DNA from: Vicugna vicugna
Lineage: Eukaryota
Assembly (NCBI GenBank): GCA_013265495.1
Contig: MU063893.1
Coordinates: 2,406,476-2,470,475 of the forward strand
Length of the DNA: 64,000 nt
Direction: 5' to 3'
Below, piece after piece: positions 12,399 through 26,674 of this stretch; position 1 is the stretch's first letter, and every line of letters begins with the position of its first letter. The notes below the pieces were generated by a model that did not search any database, was not told the origin of the DNA, and saw only the letters and a program-made list of their open reading frames with translations. The position numbers and the translations under genes are program-made.

Positions 12399-15300
12399 CT
12401 TTCTACTTACCACCTGTCAGCTTGTTAGCCAATCACTTCCCCTCTTGGAGCCTCAGTTTCCTCAGATGTAAAATGAGGGGATTTGGACTTACTTGGTCAC
12501 TTTCACACTTTGTTTAATTAAAAGTAAACAGAAGTCTCAGTAAATAATATATTCTACCTGATCACCCAGTACACCTACAGACATCCACACACCTGAAATA
12601 GATGTTTTACTAAATGTCTTTTGCTGTAGAAGATCCACTTTGATCTAGTCTAGTGTTCTGTTTTATTCTATTTTATGAAAAATAAAACAAAACAGAACAA
12701 ATACAAGCTGGTCACGACCCGCCAAATTGGTTTCATAACCGCTAGTAAGTCAAGATGAGCAATTTGAAAGCAAAGGGCCAGACGATATCTGAAGTCCTTT
12801 CCAGTTTTAAACTAGGTGACTACCAACAGATGACTCAACTCTAACAGTCTACATTAGGAAAATTTTATAAGCCCCTGGTTTTAACCCATGGTCGTTTAAC
12901 ATTCTGAGAAATTTCTGACAGGAGCGATTTTGTCAGTTGAAGTGGCACCTGAGATGAAACACTGTTCCTCCAGGGAGGGGCTTCTTCATGGCAGTGGACT
13001 GGGGACTGGCCCTTGCGGACTAATAGCTTCTTCCTTTTTCTTTAAGGTCATCAGTTCAAGCATTATTCATATTATTTCCTAGACTTAACTCAGAATTGTT
13101 CAAGCTAAAAAGCTGACCAAGACGTATTAGCTGACAATTTAAAATGTCTCTCTGTAAGATTTTTGCACTCATTGTAAATACCTAAGCAAGGAATTCATGT
13201 GGACATCCTCTCTTAGCTAGGTGCGGCCAGTGGATTGCTCACTTCCAGGAGATGGGGCAGCAGGAAGGAGTGGCTTAGAAACTGGGAGTAGCCCCACTCA
13301 TTGGGGTGTCTGGGTGTGGAAACCCCACCAGGCCGTGGGTGTTGACAGAAGCAAGCTCTGGCGGAAGCAGAGCATTTAAAGGGGAAGAAATGGACAACTC
13401 CCCATTCTGGTGAACACCAGCCATCATGGAGAGTCCAGGAGAAAACCACCCGCTGAGAAAGTGTCGGCTGGACGACAGTCAGGAGCCCAGTAAAGCAGGA
13501 AGCAAGAAGGCCTCTCAGTGGACATTACTGCCCAATGCGGGGGTGTTCCAGGCCCTGAGAAGGGTGTCAGCAGGAGCACAAGCAGGGGTCGGGGTGGGGC
13601 CTGGGGAACAAACCACACGCTGGCACTCTGTCCTAAGACTGAGAGCCCACGACTCAGAAACCAGACCCAATCCCCATTATCAACTGGGGACAAAAGGTCC
13701 ATCCTGGCCGGAACAGAGTGAGGCTGAGGATGCTGGGGGTTTCTCCACCTCCGGGGGGTGTGGTGGGTGTTGGGGGAGAGTGGCAGTCGGGACTTTGGCG
13801 GAGTGGGGGGATAAGCACCCTGCTGGGAAGAGTGCAAGGCCGCAAAGGCTGGAAAGTCAGCCATAGGATTTTCAGACTTGCATTCCTTGATCTGTGTTTC
13901 CAAAATCCACCAGCGTATCAGGTGGAAGGGAGCTCATTCACTATCAGTGACAATCAAACATGGCATCAATAACCTCTTTACCCCCACAAACAACAGTCTT
14001 GCACAGATGTGTTCCCAAACAATAGAACATCTCAAATTAAAATTGCATAAAAACTGTTTCTAGCGAATACTTTCAATTGAAATATTCCATATTTAATTGT
14101 ATTGTACCTGCAACAAATCCAAGCCATTCAACCCAAAATGCAAAATAGAGTTATGTAACAGAGTCATGAATCACTGTGGCTTCTGCCAAGGTATTCTCCC
14201 ATCTGGAAGCAGGTCCAGGGAACACACAGCCCTACGCATATATCTTCTGTCAAGAACCCTTTTGCCCAGATAATCTCAAAAACTGCACACATTTACCCAA
14301 TTCTTAGGGCGCCTAACCCCCATTAACTGAGAATGTAAACAGCTTTCCTATTGTGTGCAAAAAGAAGAATGACAACCATTTTTCATTTCATAATTTTTAA
14401 AAAATCATTGCTATATTCAAAGAAGCAACTAATTCCCAGTTCACATAGAGCTTAAAGTTCCTCTTTGATCACTGTTTTGTGAGCAGAGAAATTTTCTCCA
14501 AGTTCTCAGAACCCTTGAATGATTTTTAAAAAGTTTTAAATTGTGCTACTGACATAGGGCAAGAGGCGAAGGCATATGCATGTCTAAACCAGATTAACTC
14601 TAGGAATACCGTGTAAATTTTCAAGCAACACAAAAAAGTCATACACCACCACACACACACACCCCCAACACAACCCCCCCCCACACCTGTTCTACTAAAT
14701 TCTAGTAAAGTTCAAATCATCAAAGTTTATCTTTCAAATGGAACACAGTCTCCTTTCTTCCTCAGGACCCTTAAATCTTTTAGAGTTTGGGGTTGTTTAC
14801 TCTGCATTCCAACTATTCCAGGTCAGTCTTATGTGTAACATTTCTGCAGCTGTGCACACGAAGCCGTTCCCAGCCAGGCACTGCCAGGTTTTATGATGCC
14901 TACCTGCCTGGGGCAGATCATAGAAACTTAACTACCCAAATAAGTTCCTTGATTATTTTTTGCCTCTCAAGGCCACGCTCCTAACAGCTTCTCCCCCATC
15001 TCGCCCCCGAAACTGCAAGAATTTTGCAACCCCCTGAATCAGCTTTTCCACTCTGGGTGAGGTTCTCGGTTTACTGGCCTGTTTTAAAAGGCCTGGCTCT
15101 CTGACGCACTCCCCAGGCTCCCTGCAGGAACCACTAAGCAGGCGCGGTTAGCACACAACGCTGTTTCGGCCTCTCCTTAAAGAACTCGCCAGCTTTTGCC
15201 CTGAGCGCACGGCTGGTGGCTGGTCTGTCACCGCAGGTTAGGTGGACATGGTTAAGTGTGGTCTTTTGTGTTACAAGCACCTCTTGATACTACTCAGACC

Positions 15301-15875
15301 ACAGCAGGAGCGGGCATCCAGGTATCACCCTGAGACTGTCGCCCTTCACAACAGGACCCCAGGGGAAGGAAACCCAAGTCCTCCCTGCTTTATCCTCCTC
15401 CGTCTCCACTGCTAACACAGTGCCCGGGGCACATCAACCACCAGAGAGGTCACTGTTGAACGTAGGCTCCATTTTCCTTCGAAAGTTGTCGGTAACTCTT
15501 GAGGTTCTCCTCTGTGTCTCACTGCCAGACCCCGGGTTGTGCCTTACGGCTGACCTGGCCCCGGGTCCTTCCAAAAGAGGAACTTGTTCATCCTCTTTAG
15601 CGTGGGGGGCCCATTTTTGCTTTACCTCCCACCCCGAATGGACACTTAACATTCTCCCTCCTCCAACCCATACTTGTGAATGAGTACCAGGCTCGGGGCC
15701 TGAGAACCCACAGGATAAAGATTCCATCAGAGTCACTGGAACGCGTCTACATGCTTCCCCAACACGGTCAGCAAGAGGAACTCTGAGCCCTGGCGGTGGG
15801 ACTGACGGGTCCCCTGCTTCCCAGCCAGATCCAGATGTTGAGGCTGGCATGGAGAACTTTTGGCTGGAGGACATT

Positions 15876-16495
15876 TTTTTAAAATTGTGGTTCAGGACAA
15901 ACAAGATCACATTTATCATCCGAACCGTATTTAAACGTGCAGCTCAGTGGCATTAAGTACATTCATTCACATTGTTGTGCAAACATTACTACCATTCATC
16001 TCCAGAACCCCTTTCATCTTGAAAAATGGAAACTCTATGCCCATTAAACAGTAACTCCCCCTCGCCCCAGGCAACCTCCATTCTGCTTTCTGTCTCTGTG
16101 AATCTGACTGCAGGTACCTCATGTGAGTGGAATCATACAGTATTTGTCCTTTTGTGACTGGCTTATTTCACTGGTTATAATACCTTCAGGGCTCATCCAT
16201 GTAGAATGTATCAGAATTTTCTTCCTTTTTAGGTTTGATTGATATTCTATTGCATGCACTTACCACATTTTGTTTATCCGTTCATCTGCTGATGGACACT
16301 TGGGTTGCTTCCATCTTTGGTTGTTGCAAACAATGCTGCTATGAACACCAGTATACAAAACGCTCTTCAATACCTTACTTCCAATTTTTTTAGGTATATA
16401 TCCAGAAGTGAAATTGCTAGATCATATGTTAATCCTATTTTTAATTTTTTGAGGAACCGTCTCAAAAATACTGTTTTCTGTAGCAACTGCATTTG
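15876..16495 (-). mobile_element. L1MA/MB-type 3' end fragment
   Basis: Classic antisense L1 3'UTR: cagtggcattaagtacattc...gtggaatcatacagtatttgtccttttgtgactggcttatttcact...gatggacacttgggttgcttcca. Confidence 0.85.
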
Positions 16496-19289
16496 GAGAA
16501 CATCTTCCTGCAATGCTTTACTGTTCCTTTTGACCACGACTGAGTAGGATGGTTGTTATTTCTTAGCTTCCAACCTTACAGGGAAACTCCAGAAGAAATT
16601 TAAACTTCTCCTTCTGCTCTGGAACCTAGCTGGTCAGTGTGAATGACACGTTTCTGATCAGAATGCTTGGCCCCTGGTGATCTTGCCCCAGCTTCCTGTT
16701 GACTGCAAGCCCGTGAGCACATTCTCTACTGGATGACCCTCGTTATCAGCAAATGCTTGTCCTGTCCCATAAATCCAGTTCGTCTTAATAAATTCCCAGT
16801 CGTCCTCCCCCAGAGCCCCTGGCCCCCTTATCTCACTCCTCTCTGCCAAGCCCTTTGCAATTTATGTGTTTGCTTTTCGATTCTGCTTTCAGCCCCATTC
16901 CAAGTTTCCTCTTTCCCACCAGGTCACAGCGGCCTTTGTGTCTCATATAAATTTAGTCTTCTCTGTCTGGGACTTTTTCTTGTTCACAGGGCCTACGTGG
17001 CTTCTCTCCCTGGCACCAGCCCTTCAATCTCTGGCCTTCCTACCTGAAGCAATTTGTCAAGATCATGTCCTTGCAATTTGTGGCTTATGAGTTTTCCTTC
17101 TGTGTTCTTTTCACACAGTTTTTTTTGCTAGTTTGTAGGCATGCGTTCCAACTTTGTGGCCATTTGCTGGAGGAGACAGACTGCATCCCCGCCTGTTCCC
17201 ACAGCACACAGAGTGTGCACTCACTGAGAGGTGAATAGCTCCATCACTCTCCAAATACAAGAGAGGTGGCAGATGGCCAGCGGGCCAGGGCACAGAGGCT
17301 GGAGAGAAAGTTTACAGGTTTGGGCTGAGATATTGGAAGCGAGAGTAGAGGCTGAGGCCGTGCTAGGAAAATGGGATGATCTGCAACATCGATAGAGGGG
17401 ACAAGGTCGGCAGTGGCAGGAGAGGAGATAAACCTATGGAATGGCGCTAAGGAAGTGGGTTTTTCGAAGGCAGCTGTGCAGATGCTCAGAATAGAGAAAG
17501 GCAAGGCAAGGGATGAAGAGGAGGATGGAATTTATAAAAGACAAACCAACCAACCAACCAACCAACAAACAACCATTCTAACAGCCCAGGTGAGTGATCA
17601 CAGTGATTTGGCTCATCAGAAGCATAAGGAGAGAGAGACTTTTATAAAGGAAATGTGCTGTAGCAGCAGAACTGAACAATTCACCGATTATAAGGAATAA
17701 GGACTAGTCAGCGTTAATCACTCACTTGGCTTTGAATCCCAGAGGCAAAATGGTCAGTTTCACCATAATAAGGAGATGGGACACGGCAAAGGGAAAGATA
17801 GCTGCATCCTCACCACCATCAGTTGTAGCTACGACTGAGACCCTGGGTCCCGGGTGACTTGGGAACAAGGCCCCCTGAGGTTAACCGGCTGCACTGGGGA
17901 GGCGCGGGAAGGGTGTGAGTCCCAGGCCACGCTCGGAATCCGGAATCTCCTGCTTCTCATCCTGCAGTGGCATTTCCCACAGTGCGTCCTTTGGACCACT
18001 TCCACTGACAACAATAAGTGTTACCTGGAGGGAAAGCGAGGAGCTCCCCTTGGTCAAATGCTGGAAATGCTGGGTTAGTCAAAGGCACACACGCCTCCTT
18101 ATTATACGGCTTCTCAGAACCATTCAGGTACCAATGCGCTTAGAAAATCTCCAAGTGAGAGATTTAGAATGCAGTATTTATTTGACCTCAGAACTTTTTA
18201 TTTAGTTATTTATTTTTTTGCTGTCTGGAACATCTCTTGGGACTAGAATATGGAGAACAGGCTTTGAGAGAAGACACTGATCTAATAAGCAGCAGCATTT
18301 TACACATAAAAACACAGCCATTGATAAAAAAATAGTTGACTTCACCACTGTGAATTACCAACACTGTCACCAGTAACTATTCATTACCTCTATTTCAAGG
18401 TTGTAAGTGTGTGTGCGGGGGCGGGGGTGGTGTTTATTCTGCAGAGTCACGGAGAACTGGGGACACACTGCCCCATGTTTTGCATGGTTATCTATTCCCT
18501 CTTTTCCTGGTGCCTTTCTCTCTTTATCCTTCCTATCCCCAACCGACAACCATTCCATTGTGCTTAAGGAGTGTGTGTGTGTGTGTGTGCGTGCGTGTGT
18601 GTGTGTATTTGGTGCAAGTTCTTGCAAACTGTGTATTATCATTTTGTGCATATTCCCTTTAACTTATGCCAATCGTAGTGCCCTATATCTCATTCCAGTC
18701 TTTAGGTTTTTTCTCATAGCACTCTGTTTTGAAGATCCGTCTCGGCTCTGTGCTCCCACTGACTCTGACTACTGCCTCTCACTCTGCAACGCGCCTCCAC
18801 CCATCCTACCGTCCACTCCCCCAGAGGGGCACACCCAGTGGCCTCCAGCAAACAGTGCTGCAGTGGACACCCTTTTACAGGCCCTTTCTGCACCTGTGCA
18901 TGCATCCTAGGGGATAGGATCTTGCTTTTAAGACTGTAAGAGAGAGACATCTTTGTTCCCTGGGGCCACTTAGATAGTAAATGTTATTAATCCCTAACAG
19001 TTTTCCAGCCCCCTGTCTGGGTCTTGTCCTTTCAATATAGTATCTCATGTGATCGTCCCAACGATGGTTTGTGAGTTTTGCCCCGCTCACTGCATTGTCC
19101 TCAGTTTATACAGAAACATAAGTGACTTTAAGACCCATGGTTAGTAAGAGGTGAGGACTTGTCTGCGCGGATTCTCCTTATAAATAGAAAGCCTCTTTTG
19201 TTCTACTGTCCCTTATTGTTTCTTGGACACGCCCAGCACTCCTGCCTTACTAGGCACATCAGCCCTACTAGGTTGTGTCATTGTTTGTC

Positions 19290-19440
19290 TCGTGTCCCGC
19301 TGTCCTGTTGTCCTGCTGTCCTGCTAGAGCACAAACTCCAGGAGGACAGGAGCTCTGTCTCTAATTTGCTTGGATGTTCCCAGTGCCTAGAACAGAGTCT
19401 GACACACAAAAAGTGCCCAGGAATGTTTGCTGAATGGCCA
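19290..19440 (+). mobile_element. L2 3' end
   Basis: ctagagcacaaactccaggaggacagg...cagtgcctagaacag...tgtttgctgaatg. Confidence 0.65.
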
Positions 19441-22400
19441 AAGGAGTTGACTCTGAGCACGTGCCTTTTAGGACAAATTTGTCCCCAAGGAAACTTCAAA
19501 CAGGAAAGTCTGATTATATTGATGGTTTGGGTCATTAGTATTATTTTCCTGGGACATAATGAAAGGACTTGGGGGAAATCTCTCACCCTAAAATCAAGGC
19601 TTTGGGTGGACAGGTCTGTAATCTTTCCCAAATCAGTGACCTATGTTCCATCAATTCAGCAGATAGCCCCTAATGTACAAAACTGATTTATTACCATGTC
19701 AGGCCATCTCAGGACCTGCAGGATGGGCACACTCTCATGGCTCACTGGCTGGGCTCGGCTCACTCCCCACATTGGTCTCCCTCCCCAGGGGCTGCTCTCT
19801 CCTGTAGCCTAACTCCTAGGGGTCCACCGAGGGTGCCAGGAAGAGCACAGGGTTGGCAGCCAGATCTGGGTCTGGACTGAGCTCAGCTGCTCTCAGCCAT
19901 GGGACTAGAATTAGTGACTTAACCATCATCCTCGCCTTCAAAAAAATACCTGAGCACCTGCCTGCCTCCCACGTCTAATGTGAGACTCAAAGGAATGATC
20001 AGTGCTCTCTGTCAGCAGAGCCCACCCAACAAGCAGGGATGATAACTGTGCCTCCTCCACCCCCCAGGGTGGGCTTTGAAAGGGCTTCTTGCAACCACCC
20101 ACCATCCCAGGGGAGCTCCCACCTTGGGAGCCCGTTCTAAGCCAGCGCTGGGGTGAACTTCCACGGTTCCTGCACGTGGGTCCTCAGAAAAGCTGGGGAG
20201 GAATCTCTCTGGCCTTTAATGCCTCCTCCTGGCTAAGGGGCTGCTCCAGGGCAATGACCTGTGTCTGGGCACTCCCCATCCAGTCATCTCATCTCTCTGG
20301 ACCTCTGTTTTCCTGTCTATGAAATGAGGGCGTTGGGCTAGAATGATCACCTCGAAGCTTCCTTCTATCTCTGAAATACTACAATCTGTGCTTTAATTTT
20401 TTTCCCTTGCCTCTTGTTTCTCCCCAACTGCATCTAAAATCCTTTTGCCATTAAATTCTCCTTTCTTGAGAGTCAAACACCTGGGCTTTCTAATCATCCC
20501 TGGCCGAGGACCACACACTCCCCCGACTGCACGGGGTGTGTCCCCCAGCCACAGTGTCTTTTCAGAACTGATTCTAGCTTTTGCCAAGCCCCTCAATTCA
20601 TATTCTGGGTCCACATATCATTGGGAGGAGGGAGATTTTGCTGTATACTCTCACACAAATATATGTTCTGCATCATAGAACACACATGCACACACACACA
20701 GACACACACAGCTCCCTCCAGTGCTTAAGAATCTACATGCCTGGGCATAACTGTGTAGGTGCAAATATTCTGGGACATCCAAATGCCTATTTTAATGTTT
20801 CTTTGTCCCTGCGGTGCCATCTAACTATTTATTTAGTAGCTCGATGCTGTTTGCATCAACAACTTTGCCTTATAGGCTGTTCTTCATGTTTATGATTTTT
20901 ACTGTGAAAAAAAATTGCTTGCCTAACATCTGTTCTGAATTTGTTTTTCCTTTCTTTTTATTTATCTAGTCCCTATTGAATTAAATTTGTGCCAAGGACA
21001 GTAACTTGAATTGGAATCTTCGGTGTCCTTCAGGATTTCTATACACTTCAATACATCTCTTAATTACTCTTTTTTTTTTATTGTTATGAGATATACATAT
21101 ATATCCATGCTCACACAGGCAGATTGGTTTGTAGCTTACCTCTGCTGTTCCCCTCTGGGGAATAAGTTTTATTAACTGAATAAATTAAATGGGCGGGTAT
21201 ATCCAATAGAGTAGAGAGGTTTATCGTTATAGGTTTGTTTGAAAAGATAATTTTCCCCCTTGCTGCCCAATTCCCTCCTTCAGCTATAGCTCTGTTCTGG
21301 AGAAAGCTTGACTGTAGCTTGGCATAACCATAATTCACCTGGACTGGAAGGACCACTTTGTCTTACAGATGAAGCAGCTCTTAGGTTGGCTAATGTGAAC
21401 TCAGACCCACATCCTCATTAACCCCCTGTTCTCACCACTGAGAAACCCACCCAGGGAGCAATAATGCATATTCCCAGCAGTAGCCAAGAAGGCCCCTAAA
21501 GAAGAGACCTGCTTCTCCACCCAATACTTCAGAAGTCTGCAAGGTGTAGAGACCGTGACCCCAGGACTCAAGGGACCGGCCCACTGTCACCAAGTTCTAA
21601 CTCCAAATACAGTCCTCTGTCTACCATCAGTTCCTGGCTCATTCTGGAAGGACTGTCTGCCCCTCCCCTCTCTGTGACCTTTCCCACACTCACTGCGGAG
21701 CCTGTGTCTATGTCGTCCCGTCGCCCAGAGACGGACGAGACGGTTTCCCCCACGTCTGGAAGGACTCACTGCTGGCCCCACTCCAGACACTGTCCACTCA
21801 ACAGACCTTTCAGGCTTCGCCGTCAGTACAGCACTGAGCTGATGGCAGCGGGAGACACCGCCTCTCCCTCCCCTCAAAAGTATCACTCATGTCTCTTTTC
21901 CTAAAGAAATTTGGTGTCTAGTTTAGAAGAAAAACACAAATGCGGGTCAAGTTGCACAAGAATGCCAGGGAATGAGTGGCTGAATATTACACGTTGACCA
22001 GACAACCTGAAGCCACGAGTTGGGCAGAATCATGGGCCCGTGAAGGCAGAGGAGGCTTCTAGGAAGAGGCAGGAGTTGACACAGTCTTAAATAATGAGGA
22101 GATGAGGAGGAAGAGAGAACCGTCTGCCCAGCAGGAACAGGAGAGAAAGAAGACACTGGAGTGGGAATGGTGGGCCACGGGTTTAGGAGGGACGGGGACC
22201 AAGGGACTTTTGGAATGCAAGACAAAGGTGAGCAAAGAGATTCAAGCTTCGAGTCTGGGGTTTCTGGTCTGCCGGTAGCAGGAACTGGGAAGGGAGAGGA
22301 TGAGCAGTGATTTCTCAGAACTAGAAAGACAGACTCAAAACCATCTTTCCATTTACTCTTATGTATGAGGTGCTCTGCTAGCTTCTTGGGGGTGAAAGGA

Positions 22401-22707
22401 AACATAAGACGCGGCTTTGTCCTCAGAGAATTCAGAGTAGTAAGGAGCCTGTCAAGAAATAAAACAGTGAGCTGCAAATCAAGAGAGCAATGGACATAGT
22501 GCTATGGAAACTGCGTAAAGTGAAGGATCCAAGAAGACCCCACAGAGGAAGGGACAGGTGACCCAACTGTCAAAAAGCTTTTCCAGACTGATAAGATGGA
22601 GACTAGGACGTCAGAGGGAAAACCATGTGCAAAGGAATGGAACCACAGAGAAATCGTGCAAACTTGGGAAACCACAAATAACTTTTTTTATAGCAACAGT
22701 GTACGGC

Positions 22708-22950
22708 TGTAGTTCCCAAACTGTGTGCTAAGGCACCCGAAGGTGCCACGGTGAATTCACAGGGGTTCCTGGGATATTTTAACTATTCACGGGGAACACA
22801 GCGACATCTGTTGGTCACAGAGAGAACTACTTTCAATTTGTGTGTATTTTCTCAAATGTCTACTCAGTTGTTAGAACGTGAATACTTACTAAGTTGTTTG
22901 GACATACCTGCTTAAAAATGACACTGCCGGGTACTTCTTTTGGCCTTAGG
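22708..22950. mobile_element. hAT-Charlie-type DNA transposon fragment
   Basis: gtagttcccaaactgtgtgctaaggcacc...ggtgccacggtgaattcacagggg is a Charlie-like terminus; family not determined. Confidence 0.5.
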
Positions 22951-23269
22951 GGGCCATGAAAGATTCCTGAGTCACTAAGTGCCATGAATTGAGAAAGTCT
23001 GGGAACCTGGGTGGAAGAAGAGCGGGACGGGGAGAGAGGTCCTGCAGGCTCCTTGTTACAGGGCTTTTTGCTGCAAACAGTGGAAAGCCATTAGAGGTTG
23101 ACTGGTAGTGGGACAACGTGGTCAGCTTTTGTTTTATGAAAGTAGATTCGGCCTTGATGGGGGTGTTGGTTTGGAAGCAGAGAGCTCTACTGGGAGCTAG
23201 CGCAGTAGTTCTGCTGAGAGAGGTGGGGTCGGGGCCCGGGGTGTCAGAGGTTGGGCCTGGAATACAGCA

Positions 23270-23900
23270 TGCTCCATTAACATTATAGAGCTCCTGCTGT
23301 GTGCCCAACGCTGTGGCACCTGTTAGACATCAAAGTTAAAAAAAGACGAGATCCCTCTGTTTAAAGCACTCACAATCAAATAAAAAGGCAGCCAAGGAAA
23401 CAATTAGAATTAGTGGAGAACTGCCAGGAGTTAACCAGGCAAGAAAAAAAGAAAGGCTGTTCCAGGAAAGCAGGGGGAACAGCACGTGCAAAGGCCCACG
23501 TGAAGATGGGAGGTGATGGAGAGTTTCAGTAAAGCAGCTTGATCATCAATACTGGCTCTTGGGTGGTGGGGAAAAGGGAGGGATGTGGCCAAAAAGCAAG
23601 GCAGGGGCCCAGCTATGAAGGACATTGTAGGACGTGCTAAAGACTCCCAAAGGCCTTGATGGAGACAAACCAATGGGGTGTTAAGTGAGGAGTGGTGCGA
23701 TCAGATTCACATTCTACAAAGTCCTGCGTGGATACACTGAGCCAGGGCCCACGTATAGACAAGCAGCAGGTCAGGAGGACAGGCCAGAGTGAGGAAGGCA
23801 TAAATCTGAGTGGAAGGTCCAAAGGCTAGCCAGGGAGTGAAGGATCAGAGACTCCACCAGTATCTGAGGGCAGGAGAAAGGAGCTGACGAGGCATGGCAG
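23270..23900 (-). mobile_element. L2 fragment
   Basis: tgtgcccaacgctgtg...ggaacagcacgtgcaaaggccc...gcgatcagattcacattct, antisense L2 motifs. Confidence 0.65.
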
Positions 23901-25944
23901 AGAAGGAAAGCTGATAGAAGGCTCACTCAGGCCACGAGGCTCTGGAGGGGTCTGTGAGTTCAGGGTCAGCCCCTACGCATGAGTGCCCTGAGGCTCCCCT
24001 GTGCAGGTAATGCACACCCCGATCTGAGTGACAGATGGGAGTTGGAAGGAAGTAGCTTTGGGCTCCAAGGACTATGACCATCACTGGCTCCTCAAGAAGA
24101 GTGTCCCTGGCAGCTTGAGTGGGCTCCGCCTCCCAGCTAACGCAAGCCTGCCTTGCTCTAACGACAGATTGGATGGCTAACAAGAGAGGGCAGGATGCTC
24201 ACCTGAGCCCAGCGGGAACAGACCCCAGGACTGCTGGGGGCATCTTTCTCTGCCTGCCGCCCAACGAGAGCCAGCTCCTGTGATAGCCGAATGTCCCCTC
24301 GCTTGCAGCACGGGACGCCTGCTTAGCTCCCTCTGAACGTTTTGGAGGCAGCGAGTCACCAACAATCACCGTGGGATCTCCAGCAGTCAGTGCCCACTCT
24401 CCCCGACTTCCACGTCCACAGGCCAGGCCAGAGGTCAGACTTCAGGCCAGGACAGCAGTCACCCTGTTAGCATCCTCAGCCGCTGGGACAAAGCCCTGCC
24501 ACCCAGGCAAGGATTTGTCAGGTGCTCGCTGCTCAGCCGCTCTCAGGGTTGCTGGAGGGCCTCATCAATTCTTCAGTCTGGAAACCAGAAGTCTCTGGAA
24601 GCACATTCAGATTCCTTCTGCTAAAGGTGGGAAAGGGAGTGGCGTGTCACATGATCTCCCGGGGGGCGCTGCTCACCCAGCCTCTTCATTCCCTACAGAG
24701 CGGTGCCAGGAGGGTGCACCCCCCACCCCCGGGTGAGCAGGGGCCTTCACTTCTGATGGGAGGTTACTGTGACCAGCATTTGCCTAAAACCTTACTGTGG
24801 ACAAAGCATTCTCATGTTTCTCATCTGACCCTCCTAACAGCCTCTTTTATCAAAGAAATTGACTCTGGAAAGTTGTGGTTTGCTCAAGGCGACACAGCTG
24901 TTAAATCACAGGGCAGGGCCTTGAACCCAAGTCCCAGCAGCGACACCCCTGCCAACCCCCACCTTGACTCTTGAAAGATGCGGCGAGGCCAATCCAATGA
25001 CAAACCTTTTTTTTTTCTCTTATTACAAAAGCACATGCGCTCATTGTAAACCACTGGAACATTACAGAGATACGCAATGTGAAAAATAAAAGCCCTGCAG
25101 AATTTCCTGCTCCAGATAAATGCACTGTTTGCTAATATATCTTCCTCCAGAGTCTTTCCAGGGCTATCACAAACACGCCTGAGCGTAGTGCCTGACACAG
25201 AGTACGTGCTCAATAAATGCTTGTTGAATGAACTAATAAATAGTCAAATCGGCTATTGTTTATTTACACAACTGTATGTACTATTTCACACTGTGCTTTT
25301 CCTGTCAGCTGTGTACCGTGGACATCCTTTCAGGCTGGTGTCTGTAGGTCCCTCCCCATCAGAGGCCTTTACAGCTTGGTCACCTCTGATGGGGGCAGGC
25401 CTTCCGGAACAGGGCCAGGCAGCCCACAGGCCACTAGCAGCAGTCTACCCTGCCTCAATTCCCAGAAGGCAACAGTGAGCTATTTTGGTTGAACTGACTG
25501 GTCAGTTAAAAAAGAAAAGAAAAGAAAAAAAAAAAAGAGCTAGTTATACAAGTTAAACAAGTGTTATTTTTGTCTGCACAATACCTCACTGATTTGCCTA
25601 AATTTTCTCTTCAACCAGGTGCTTTGAAGCTGAGTAAGAACACTCTTCTGTGTCTAAGTATAAATGAATAACTGACTAAGAAATTTTGACCCCTCAAAGT
25701 GACGATACATACATTTAAATTAGAGGGAAGCAAGAGGTTACCTTCATGATTGGGCTGGGGGTGGGAGTAGGGTGTGTTTTTGGTCCGTTAAACACGAAGC
25801 TGCTCTGAGTTTTTCCACCTTTAAAGGACACAGTCTGCACAGCTGGAAGCCTGGCTGTTTGCCCTCACACACCTGCTCGGCCCTGGACCTGTTCCCCAGG
25901 CGAGGCCGGCCACTCAGACAAGAACGTATCCACTGGGGTAGACG

Positions 25945-26165
25945 GGTGCACAGTCGGTGGCCAGGAGCACAGGCTTTGGCAGCTGTCAGACTGGGATCAG
26001 GTCCTTATCTTGGGCAACTTCTTCACCTCTCTAAGTCTCAGTCTCCTAGTCTAATAAGTGGATGTAATCACTACCCCATCCGTTTTCTGAGGATTGAAGG
26101 AGATCACAAAGGCAGTGCACTTAGAACAAAGCCTGGCAGGTAGGAAGCTCTCAATAAACAGTAAC
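25945..26165 (+). mobile_element. MIR SINE
   Basis: ggagcacaggctttggc...ttgggcaacttcttcacctctctaagtctcagt...gcacttagaacaaagcctggc...ctcaataaac. Confidence 0.75.
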
Positions 26166-26204
26166 AATTGTGGTTACCTTCAAAGTTCTGAGAATGGTCC
26201 TCAG

Positions 26205-26674
26205 TGTGGGGGTAACTGATGTCCTTCCAAGTCCAACAGCCCCCATTCCTGGGCTCTCAGATGTCGGCCTGTGGTCCCTCAACAGATAAAGTACATTCTT
26301 TACTGGGCATGTTTGCCCTAATGGACTAATAGCCCTAGTCAGTGCCTAATCTCACAATAACGCAGGCTGGCTTGTTTCAGACCACCTTATCAGAGTCATA
26401 ATTTCACAGACCCTAAACTTCTTACCTCACCTACAACCAGCTAGAGACTTGTGCACAAGCCCATAGGGCACCTGGTGACCCGACCTTATAAAAGACCCCA
26501 ACTTCCGGGCCTCGGTGCTCACGCAGACACCCCTCGCCTATGTGGCCCACTGTTGTCTGTAGCAACATACCCCTAATAATCTCCTTTACCATTCTCCTCC
26601 TTTATCTCAGGTCAATTCTTTTACCAACATGCGTCACCAGCCCATCACTGATCAGCCAGTTGTGTCCCACGACA
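26205..26674 (+). mobile_element. Solo ERV LTR (about 470 bp)
   Basis: TGT...ACA termini, TATAAAA at 26487-26493, degenerate polyA signal AATAAT near 26575, R/U5-like 3' end (tgtgtcccacgaca). Near-TSD ctcag (26200-04) / cccag (26675-79). Confidence 0.75.

Noticed and set aside
13424-13903. Overlapping 146-159 aa ORFs on both strands
   Set aside because: No recognisable domain or splice context; expected by chance in GC-rich sequence.
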